Origin: the human T2T-CHM13v2.0 reference genome, Homo sapiens
Length of the DNA: 64,000 nucleotides
Direction: 5' to 3' (one strand)
Assembly (NCBI RefSeq): GCF_009914755.1
Contig: NC_060937.1
Each line of letters starts with the position of its first letter. The stretch's first letter is position 1. Positions 50,528-64,000 of this stretch are shown piece by piece. Position numbers and translations under genes: made by a program. The notes under the pieces were generated by a model that was given only the letters and a program-made list of their open reading frames with translations, was not told where the DNA came from and did not search any database.

Positions 50528-51806
50528 ATGCCATGCTATCAGTAAGCATGTCTCTGAGTCCTGGGCCCCAGGTCACCACAGGAGAATCCAATGGATCCTT
50601 ATAGGTTGCTTAAAAGGGATAGTTTGTTGTAGTCCTGAAATAATAAAGTAATGTCCTATTCTCCACTTACCATGTAGTATTGCTTTTGTTAAATAATCCA
50701 TTGGGGCTTGGGTAGTTTAGGTGGTAGGCAGGATATGCCCCACTGTTATGGCTTGAATTCTGAGTTGTCAAAGAGTATGTCCCCTTAGGCAATGGTGATT
50801 TTTGTGCTACAGGAAGTCGGGGGGTCAATGCCAATAATGCACTCACAAGTGAGAACCATGGTCACTGTCATCCAATATGGACCAAAGCCACATCACAGGT
50901 AGATAAGCACTACTGGTCAATGCATTCATTCTAAAACCTTCCAGTGTCACCAGTTTTTCTCCCTAAGAGGACCTGGAAATATTATGTGGACTCATGTATC
51001 AAAAAAAAAAGTCTGAATTTCTTTCTTTTCTCCTCTTACCTTGACAGAAATATAAGGCCTTTGGCCTCCATTTGGGGACCCTGAGACCTTGGTCCCATTT
51101 CTGACTCTGCCATTCAGCCCAAGACATTGGATTTGCAATGTCCTTTCATCAAAGAAATATACCTGGCCTTTCTCTATATCTGTCCTTTAGATAATGAGTC
51201 TCCCTTTCTGTGAAGGCCTTTATCACATGTATTGATTCCTTCTCAGATGCCTCAAGGAAGATCTGAGGACCCCTTTCTTCTTTCTCTCTCAGGTGCCTTA
51301 GTGTCTGGTTGAGTACACACTTCCCTCACTCTCTGCCCCCATGAATGACAGGGTAATTAAATAAATATCCCCAACCAAGGAACCTATGCTCCTCTATTTC
51401 CTCTTTGCCTTTTGTTTGCCTTGATCCATGCAGCCATCTCATTCACATCTGTGGGAAGTGGCAGACCTACATCCCACTTATCACCCTTCCTTCTTCTGAA
51501 AATATTCAATCCCCATGCCCCCAGGCTGCCGTCTTTCCCCTGGGCTGGGTACTAGGAAGTATCACCCCTCCTGCTTCTCAAATAAGCTATGATTACATTA
51601 GATGGGGCCCTGCTTGCTGGACGCATTTTGTGGATTAGGTTTACTGTGTGCTGCTTACCAGCTTGTCTGAGTGCAGGAGACAGAATACACTCATATGCAA
51701 CAAGTTACACAAAGCAGATTTGTGACTTACAGGTAGGCAGCAAGGGACAAAAGAATGCTAGGATCTATGATGAGCTGGTTCCTGAAGACTCGAGAAAGCT
51801 GTCTAG

Positions 51807-52161
<355 letters not shown>

Positions 52162-53583
52162 AGGACTCTTTAAGACAGCCTGTTCAGGGTTATATACCTC
52201 AGAGCCAATGTGAAACATTGACTTAAAGCTTTGAGGGGCATCCTGCTTCCAGAGGAAAGAGCAACAGGCCCAGGCTAGTCCAGTCAGCCCCTCCTTATCT
52301 CACCATAATGTATTCCCAGCATAATCTACAGTAATTATTAAGACCTACAAGGAAGAAAGGGAAGAGAACTGGGTCAATCCAAGGCCACATGGAGAACTGT
52401 CCTGCACTGGCCAATTGTTTTGGCTGTAGTTTCAATACCAACTTAATGTTTAGAGCTTTTGCATTGTGATTTCAGACTCTTTGATTAATATGGTGCTGCT
52501 GGGAATTCCACTGCTCCCTGTTAGTGCTGCCTATGGCAGTGGAAGCAGTTTCTCCAGGTTAGGCTACCAGGTGTCTGAGGTATGTGGTGAGGGGTGTGGT
52601 AGAATCCCCCAACCAATGTCCCCTGGCTACTCTGGGGTCATTGGGAAGAGCGTCTTAGGCCTGCAGGGACAAAGCAGCTTCTTAGGCCAGGCCACTTTCT
52701 CTACTAGGTCCCTCTTCCTGGTTCTATTTTTCCACCTTTGTGCTTCCTGGTAGCAAAGGAAGCCTCAAGCTGTACTGGGAAGGAGAGCACCTCTCTTAGC
52801 GTTTCTCCTAGCTGCTTCTCCTGGATGGTGGTGGGTGTCTCAAGCTAGCGGCTCCTGATTGACCCAAGGGAGGAAGGAGCTTACTTGAGGTATCTTCTCT
52901 TGCTAGATTGGGGGATTAGGAAAAATAAGTCTGAAGGCCTTCTTCTGTCCAGTGAGGATACACAAGATGCCTTGCTGTTGTGCTGTTTCACCATTCCTTG
53001 CATATCAAACTAACTCTTCTGTTTACCTCCATCTCTTAGAGCTTTTTCATGTTAGTCACATGTGTCATTTTCAAAATATATAGTTGTGCATAACAAAAAG
53101 AGGCGGGAAAAACATGGATCTGTGCCATATTTTCTGAATCCGAAGTTCCTTGCATACTTTATACTAAATAAGCTTTATCTGTGAGCTATATTACTAGTAT
53201 TTTCTTTGCCTATAATTGTTTCAGGTGTCACATTTAAGAGTTTGCTTGATTATGATATTTAAATATTACAGAATGTATTTGCAGAATATATTTGCAGAAT
53301 AACAATATTCTGCAAATAATGCCCTTGATATTCAAATTGAAAATCACTTTTCGTAATAGATCAAGGAAATTAGAACCTAATGATTTAATGGTGTACACAA
53401 TTGCAGTATTAGTTTTCTATTCAAAGCAACATAAAATAAATGACAAATTGAAAGAAAAATAGGTCTTTATTTACTCTATTCAAATATTAAAATAAATAAT
53501 AATATGTCTATTGAAATGTCATAATCAGGATATCATTTATTCCAATTAATTGATTAAATAAGTAATCAGTTAAATGTCATAGA

Positions 53584-53866
53584 TTTTATTTTTATTTTTA
53601 TTTTTATAGAGAGAAGATGCCATTCTGTCACCAGGCTGGAGTACAGTAGCTGGATCATAACTCACTATAACCTCAAAAAAGCCTCCCAAGTATCTGGGAT
53701 TACAGGTGTGAGCCACCATGATAGGCTAATTAAATTTTTAAATTTTCTATAGAGATGAGGCTCTCCCTGTTACCCAGGCTTGTCTTGAACTCCTGGGCTC
53801 AAGGGATCCTCCCACCTCAGCCTCCCAAAGTGATAGGATTACAGGTATAAGCCATCATGCCTGGCC
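53584..53866 (-). mobile_element. AluJ (diverged, small internal deletion)
   Basis: Antisense Alu with the J-type GAACTCCTGGGCTCAAG.GATCCTCCCACCTCAGCC. Confidence 0.85.
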
Positions 53867-53962
53867 CTAGAATTTTTAAATTAATGGTGGTTGATACACA
53901 TATTTACATTGTATTTTAGCCAGATTTACTGAGGTATAATTTACTTATGCAAAATTTACTAA

Positions 53963-54271
53963 TTTATTTATTTATTTATTTATTTTTTGAGACGGAGTCT
54001 CGCTCTGTTGCTCAGGCTGGAGGGCAGCAGCGCAATCTCGGCTCACTGCAAGCTCCGCCTCTTGGGTTCGCGCCATTCTCCTGCCTCAGCCTCCTGAGTA
54101 GCTGGGACTACAGGCGCCCGCCACCACACCCGGCTAATTTTTTTTGTATTTTGAGTAGAGACGGGGTTTCACCATGTTAACCAGGATGGTCTCAACCTCC
54201 TGACCTCGTGATCCACCCGCCTCGGCCTCCCAAAGTGCTGGGATTACAGGCGTGAGTCACTGCGCCCGGCC
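53963..54271 (-). mobile_element. AluY with (TTTA)n tail
   Basis: Contains the Y diagnostics CACTGCAAGCTCCGCCTC, GCCATTCTCC and CCAGGATGGTCTC...CCTGACCTCGTGATCC. Confidence 0.9.
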
Positions 54272-54443
54272 GAATATTTCCATTATAGCATATACTCGAA
54301 TGCGTCTTAAAGTATTTATAAAGGTAATACTCATTGTATTTACTTATTTGACTTTTTAATTAGATTATAAAATCCAGTTACCTTTTAGTATGCTCAAAAT
54401 TGTGTCAAATAATATTAATCCTTGAGTTAATTATACATTATAA

Positions 54444-54811
<368 letters not shown>

Positions 54812-56999
54812 TCAATTTTTCAATTGTATTTTCACTTTTCTCTTTTTATGCCTACCTAAATTTGTTCCTATAATTGAATTTGTCATTTAGGAGTGAACAT
54901 TTGTTTAAGAAAATGTAATCTTTTTCATCAGCATACTCAATATTTCAATTTTCCATTATAGATTATAAGAATAAATCTTTAGTTAATATAGGCAAACAAA
55001 ATTTAATATATAGAATTAGTTTCTTACACGATTGGAGAGTTGGTGGAGCAGGTCTTGGGCTGATCTTCTAAATGATTGCTAGAACTCCTCCAGAAAAACG
55101 ACAGAGCTGGGACTGTTGTTCCTTTTGCCATGACTGAGAAGCTGGAGAATCAGGATCTCCTGTGCAACCACTGGCACTAAAATTATGCTAACTTTGCTAT
55201 TTGTTTTTTTCCCAGTTTCAAAGTTTATCTTATTAACTTAAAATTTAAACAAAATTGTTAGTCTAAACATCATTAAATGTACTCATGGGAAACATATTTA
55301 CATAGAGAATAATAAAATAATTTTTTGTAACTTGAGGCACATTGTCCATTTTACAAATGTACTTTTAGAAAAACTGCTTTGAGAAACAATAATTTTTTCT
55401 GTCATCCTTCATAAAAGCTAGACAAACATTTCTAATGCAAATTTCTTTTTTTTTCTACTTTGATGTGGAAGCTGGGAAGCTCGAATGTTTGCATTTTAAT
55501 TTAACAATACAAAGAAAAATTTCATCTGTTTCTCTCTACATTGTTGGCCTTAGACTTACTTTAGCAGCCTCCATTCATATCTCTTACAGGGGTACCTTAT
55601 AGTTTCATATCAGGTCATTCCTGTTCCTCTTTCCTTTTGTGATGCACCTCTTCTTGCTAAAGATTTTGGTCACTATCTTTTGTTTTGTGTTTACTTATTT
55701 TAGCTTGTATATAAGTTCTGTTCTACACAACATTTCTGATTTACATGGCAGGAAATGTGTGAAACAGTTTGCCACCTTCCTGACTGATCTGGGCCTAAAC
55801 TGTGCCCCTATACTGTGAATAAACAGTTGCATTCTCTAACACATATTTTATTTGATCCAAACAATACATTAGTCCAACTACCAAACATACATCTTAGATC
55901 CTCTGTAGCTATAACATTTTCAACAGTCATATTTATGGAATCCATCTCCCTCTGTTATGTTTTTACTGTTATCCAAATAGAGGAGATAGATATAAATGAA
56001 CTCACACTGGTCAGCCAGGGACCACACAGTGGCTTAAAATATCTTAATCCAGGTATCTGCAGACTAACCCTAACCTAACAGTGAGTTGCTACCTTTGTTT
56101 TTTTTTTTCCTCTAAGCATTAAAATACTTCTGTCATAGCTGCTTGCTTCTTGATCATAGGATCTCAGCCATGGTTCATATTTGAATAACACAGAATGTCG
56201 GCCACAGAACTAAGGACTGGACATTTGGTCCTTTGTGACTGTTGTTACAGGAAAGTAAATGGTTTTGTTACATTGCTTGTCAGGAAAAAGAATAGGAAGG
56301 CACCTTCTATCTCAGGCTCTTTTCCTTAAAGAAGGTAGGTTTAATGTAAAACCTGAATTGTGAGTAAGCCTGGGGATATCATTTTTAGCTGTTCCAAATT
56401 GAGCAAGTACTTAGTCAAACTACCAGAGTTTTGGAATATGCCTGAGTAAGCCAGTCTGAAATAGCCGATGGTCCAGCTTAAGACTATTCAATATCCATGC
56501 ACCTGCCTTTTCTAAAGCTTAAACTTCAAAAGAGTAACAGTAACAAGTACATGATCCTGTCAAATATAATTCAAATATATGTTGCACAAATTAAAATGCA
56601 GTGGTCCTATCCAAAATAGGTATCCATGATATTCACTCCTCTTCAGCTTCAGTCTCAACTATGTCTTAATATCCTGAAATAAGATAACAAATTATGAAGT
56701 TATTCAAACCAGCCTACCCTAAAAATGATGGGAAAAATGGAAGATAATAAGACAAACAATTATATACATGACAATGCAGAAGAGAAGAAAACCCAAGAAT
56801 GTATTACATACTTAATTTTATAACTGATCATGAAACTGTGGATAGTATTTGTACCATTCTTTTTATATTATTCATTCCACACTTCTCTATATTATCCTAA
56901 ATTATCCAAGTTTCCACAGCAACAGCCCACTCTTCATGAACAGTGACCTTAGTTGTCTTGTCAAATTGGAGTTGTTTTAATCTTCCCTTAATGTTTACC

Positions 57000-57713
57000 A
57001 CTTGACAGAAAATCCAAAAGGCATTTGAGGAGTCCAACTCCAGGCAGAAACCCTATGTGTAATCTTTCAGGCCTAACCATAGGCCATGACAATGGCTTTA
57101 CCTGGCAGGCCTCACTAGAGAAAGATACTCTCCCTATACCAGAATTGGCAAACAGCCAGTGCATTACAATGTCTAATGGGAGCTGCAGTCTAGGACTCAT
57201 TCCCCGCTAGCCAACCATCCTCCTGTGCATGTCTGCCATTCAAGTCTCAGGCACCCCCATCTGAGCTATCCTTATTAGGGACCCTCAATATAAAACCTTT
57301 GCAGAGAACTCCTTATGATAGGGAGAGAGGGATAAGGGAGAGGAGAAAGGGGAAACCTTGAAATCATTATTCTCTATTCTGAATCAGAACTCAGTATTTT
57401 CCCATTCTTAGCGCTTCCTCCTCTTTCTGTCCCAAGGACCCAGGTCCATAAGATGAAAGGAGCTTTTTGTTCATGGCTCCTTGGTCAAAAGATCCTTGCT
57501 GAGAAAATTCCCACATCTGCATTTGTGCTGATCTACATGACCTTGGCCTGGAGCTGTTTCATGGGACAAAATGGAACATTGGAGGAGCTAGCGATCTTTC
57601 CTCTTTAGTTTCTTGCTTAAACTATCTCAGTTAGTAAAGATTTGACTGTTACTGTCATTTTGGCTTATTGTTTTAATTAGCTATTTCAACTCCATGGCAG
57701 CTTAGCTCTTTAC
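57000..57713 (+). mobile_element. Possible ancient solo LTR (family not recognised)
   Basis: A more GC-rich block in AT-rich DNA, with an AGTAAA polyA-like signal near 57633 and a ...TACA end. Weak evidence. Confidence 0.25.
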
Positions 57714-57796
57714 AGCATTCTGGAAAGTACATAGGATTCTAGACATTTTTACTGCTTTTGTTATATGAATTACATGTCTTCATAATAAGGAATTAA

Positions 57797-58097
57797 GGCT
57801 GGGAGTGGTCACTTGTAATCACAACACTTTGGGAGGCCAAGGCGGGTGGATCAACTGACTTCAGGAGTTTGAGACCAGCCTGGCCAACGTGGTGAGTGAA
57901 ATCCCATCTCTACTAAAAACGCAAAAATTAGCCAGGCATGGTAAAGTGCGCCTGTAGTCCCAGCTACTCAGGAGGCTGAGGCGGGAGAATCACTTGAACC
58001 CGGGAGGCGAAGGTTGCAGTGAGCCGAGATGATAGTGCCATTTCACTCCAGCTTGGACGACAGAGCAAGACTCTGTCTCAATAACAATAATAAGAAT
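57797..58097 (+). mobile_element. AluS (Sx/Sz-like)
   Basis: Dimeric Alu with an (AAT)n-like tail. TSD AATAAGGA(A/T)TTAA at 57784-57796 and 58098-58110. Confidence 0.9.
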
Positions 58098-58172
58098 AAT
58101 AAGGATTTAATATCCAAACCATTCTTGTAACATATTTAATATTGCCATTCAGTGGTAAATAAAAATAATATA

Positions 58173-60513
<2,341 letters not shown>

Positions 60514-60979
60514 TACTTATAAGTGAATCCTCTGTCATTACTATAGTTCAGGTCACCTTAAGTTTCTTCTTGGACTTGCCAATGAACTGTGGAATTAAGA
60601 AGCTCTCTGCCTACAGTCTTGTTTATCTATTGTAATCTGTTTCTTGTAGTCCCTATTTTAGATCTCATTAATGTCTTGTCACTTCCATTAGAATAAATTA
60701 TAAACACTTTGGATGGCCTGAAGACATTTGTAATTTATCCTAAACTCATCTCCACTCTCATCGCTTGACATCTCCCTCTTCTACCCACACATATATATTT
60801 AAGCCCACGTAATTACTGCAATTACCCCAAATTCTGTACTTCTCACCAGTGTCTTGCAAAACCCACTCCAACTAACTAATAAGACTTTTCATTTAACTCT
60901 CCAGTTGTAGTTGATATTCTAGTTTCAAACTCTATTTTCTGTGTGAAGTCTGCACTGATATCACAATTTTGTTTCTTCA

Positions 60980-61300
60980 GTGTGAGCATTGGCAGCCTGT
61001 GGCCTATGGTTTTGGTACAGCCTGCAAGGTAATAATGGTTTTTAGAGATTTAAATGATTGAAACAATTTTTTAAAATAACATTTTGTAGCATATAACGAT
61101 TGCATAAAGTAAAAACTGCAGTGTTTTCATAAATAACAAGGTTTTTTTTTGGACACAAGATCATTCACTTACATGTGGTCTATAGATGTTTTCAGGCTAT
61201 TATGTCAGAGTTGAGTGGTTGCAACAGAAACTGTATGATTGTCAAAGCCTAACATACTTAAAATCTGACGCTTTGTAGAAAAAGCTAACATTTGATCTAA
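60980..61300 (+). mobile_element. MER58B-like hAT-Charlie element
   Basis: Contains GTACAGCCTGCAAG..AATGGTTTTTA..ATTTAAATGATTG and CAGAGTTGAGTGGTTGCAACAGAAACTGTATG..CAAAGCCTAA. Confidence 0.65.
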
Positions 61301-62094
61301 AGTTTTCTGTAAAGATACATCTACATTATGTTTATCGTAATTTATATTTATTTATCTGCCTACTGGTTGCAGTTTTGAAAAACTATAATCTTCCAGAAAA
61401 TAGAAACTATAATATTTTTAATTAGACCTCAAGCAAAATTATTTTAAAATGTGGTCTCAATTTTTAAGAAAGTGGGGAAGAATGCTTTTTTTTCTTTTGT
61501 TAAACTTCTTTGCTTCCAGTCCAAGAAGTGACTGTCATTTATTTTTATCTTATTGCTTCCTTTCTCATATTAGCTTGATAAGAAGTAATGAAATAATATT
61601 CAGGTTTCTTAGTAGAGTCATGTTGTAAACATAGCTTTTTTTTCTAGCCACTCTCGAAAAATGGAAAGCCTCTGCTTTATGAGTCACCTAATTAATGACA
61701 TTGAATTATCTAGTAAGTGGACTCTTCAGTTTAATTAAATATCTTCATTAACTTTTCACTGCTTTTAAAAATAACATGTACACATTTATGCAAATAGGTT
61801 CATCATGTGTCCTTAATCAGTTATTTAGCTTTGGTGCAGAGTTAATAATTCCAATATTTGTTCAAACTGAAGAAAATACAGGACTCAAAAAAGAAAGGAT
61901 ATTTTTATTCAGGTTTTGAGAAAATCACAAGTAAAACCCCCAACTTATTTATCAATAATTGTATGTTATATACATTTCCATATTTACAATTTTGATAAAA
62001 TAGTTATAATTAATATTTATCTTTAATAATTTAAATATTAGTTATGTATTTATTGGCTCATATTATTTAAATTATATATATATTTATATAATTT

Positions 62095-63198
62095 GCAGTC
62101 TGACAATGCAATAGAAAAAAAAACAAAACATTTTCTGAGAAGAAATTCAAGCCAGCTGCAGAAATGTACATAAGTAACAAGAAGCCAAATCCTAATCATG
62201 AAGACAATGGGAAAAATGTCTCTAGGCCATGTCCTAGGTCTTCACAGCAGCCCCTCCCATCACAGACCCAGAGGCCTAGGAGGAAAAAATGTTCTCTGGG
62301 GACAGGCCCAGGGCCCCTCTCTGTGTGCAGTCTAGGGACTTGGTGCTCTACATCCCAGCCACTCCAGCTGTGACTAAAAGGGACCAAGGTGCAGCTTGGG
62401 CCATGGTGTCAGAGGTTGCAAGCCCCAAGCCTTGGCAGCATCCATGTGGAGTTGAGCCTGCATGTGCACAGAAGTCAAGAAGCAAGGCTTGGGAGCCTCA
62501 GCCTAGATTTCAGAGGATGTATGGAAATGCCTGGATGTCCAGGAAGAAGTTTACTGTGGGGGAGAGGGGGTGATCATGGAGAGCCTCTGCTAAGGAAGAG
62601 GGGAAGGGAAATGTGGGGTTGGAGCCCCACACAGAGTCCCCACTGAGGCGCTGCCTGTGTGAGAAGAGGACCACCATCTTCCAGACCCCAGAATGGTAAA
62701 TCCACTCACAGCTTGCATATACACCTAAAAAAAACCTCAGATGCTCAACACCAGCCTGTGAAAGCAGCTAGGTGGGAACCGTACCTTTCAAAGCCACAGG
62801 GGCAGAGCTGCCCAAGGCCATGGGAGCCCACGTCTTGCATCAGCATGACCTGGATGTTAGACATGGAGTCAAAGGAGATCATTTTGAGGCGTTAAGATTC
62901 AACTGCCTTGCTGGAGTTTGGACTTGCATGGGGCCTGTAACCCCTTTGTTTTGGCCAATTTGTCCTGTTTGGAATGGGTATAGTTACCCAATGCCTGTAC
63001 CCCCATAGTATCAAGAAAGTAACTAACTTTCTTTTGATTTTACAGGCTTATAGGTGGAAGGGACTTGTCTCAGATGAGACTTTGGACTGTGGACTTCTGA
63101 GTTAATGCTGAAATGAATTAAGACTTGAGGAACTGTTGGGAAGGTATGATTGGTTTTGAAACTTGAGGACACAACATTTAGAGGGGACACAGGCAAAA
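62095..63198 (+). mobile_element. MaLR internal region (THE1/MST-int), 5'-truncated
   Basis: Contains GAAATTCAAGCCAGCTGCAGAAAT, CCTAGATTTCAGAGGATGTATGGAAATGCCTGGATGTCCAGG and CAGATGAGACTTTGGACTGTGGAC. Confidence 0.88.
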
Positions 63199-63563
63199 TA
63201 ATATGGTTTGGCTCTGTGTCCCCACCCAAATCTCATCTTGAATTGTAGCTCCCATAATTGCCATGTGTTATGGAAGGACCTAGTGGGACATAATTGAATC
63301 ATGGAGGCAGTTTCCCCTATACTGTCCTTGTGGTAGTCAGTAAGTCTCACACGACCTGATGGTTTTATAAGGGGTTTCTGCTTTTGCTTGGTTCCCATTC
63401 TCTCTCTTGCCTTTTGCCATGTAAGACATGACTTTTGCCTTCTACTATGATTGTGAGGTCTTCCCAGTCATGTGGAACTGTGAGTTCATTAAACCTCTTT
63501 TTCTTTATAATTTACCCAATCTCAGGTATGTCTTTATCAGCAGTGTGAAAACAGACTAATACA
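63199..63563 (+). mobile_element. THE1-family 3' LTR
   Basis: ATATGGTTTGGCTCTGTGTCCCCACCCAAATCTCATCTTGAATTGTAGCTCCCATAAT...CAGCAGTGTGAAAACAGACTAATACA. Confidence 0.9.
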
Positions 63564-63912
63564 CTGTCTTTAACATTTTTTCTATTGTTTTGACCTTGGA
63601 AACTGATGATTATTTGTCTTCAAGATGATCTTTTTGTGGAGTATCTTACTGAAGTTCTCTGTATTTCTTGAATTTGAATGTTGACCTCTCTATCTAGGTT
63701 AGGGAAGTTCTCATGGATGATATTTTGATCCATGAGATCAAAAATATCAAAAGTCAACTTTTGCTAAGTTGACTCCATTTTCTCTATCCTTTTTAGGTAC
63801 ACCAGTTGTAGATTCAGTGTCTACATAATCCCATATTTCTCAGAGGTTTTGTTCATTCTTTTTCATTCTTTTTTTCTATTCTTATCTGCCTGTCTTATTT
63901 CAGAAAGCCATT
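63564..63912 (-). mobile_element. Older L1P (PA/PB-like) ORF1-region fragment
   Basis: Antisense L1 motifs CTCTGTATTTC.TGAATTTGAATGTTG.CCT and ATAATCCCATATTTCT..GAGG.TTTGTTCATT. Confidence 0.75.
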
Positions 63913-63913
63913 C

Positions 63914-64000
63914 TTTTTTTTTTTTTTTTTTTTTTTTGAGACGGAGTCTCGCTCTGTTGCCCAGGCTGGAGTGCAGTGGCGGGATTTCGGCTCACTGCAA
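63914..64000 (-). mobile_element. AluY-like element, 3' end only (runs off the window)
   Basis: Pure poly-T followed by GAGACGGAGTCTCGCTCTGTTGCCCAGGCTGGAGTGCAGTGG...CACTGCAA. Confidence 0.85.

Overview
Primate, almost certainly human, genomic DNA with no credible protein-coding gene. Bases 1-40017 are the right-hand end of a GC/CpG-rich ~1.41-kb tandem macrosatellite (about 28.4 monomers; a NotI site in 28 of 29 monomer heads). I recognise it as SST1/NBL2 (MER22), most likely one of the large acrocentric short-arm arrays (chr13/14/21), though the chromosome cannot be fixed from this window. The array is not uniform. Diagnostic variants define about 7 monomer types arranged as a left 3-mer (period 4223 bp), a central duplicated 7-mer (period ~9858 bp), a right 3-mer (period 4224 bp) and four diverged terminal monomers. 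Each monomer looks like the 5' end of a Pol II gene: an NRF1 palindrome, a CCAAT box, a TATA-like element, and on the minus strand a GTGAGT donor, a UG/UC-rich tract and an AG acceptor. That acceptor and a G-quadruplex motif differ between monomer types. Bases 40018-64000 are AT-rich and made largely of interspersed repeats: old L1s, MLT1, an env-bearing class III ERV provirus with a nested internally deleted HERV-H and two Alus, further Alus (one with the AluYd-type deletion), a Tigger3 split by an L1PA, MER58B and a truncated THE1/MaLR. All calls are by eye; no alignment or database search was run.
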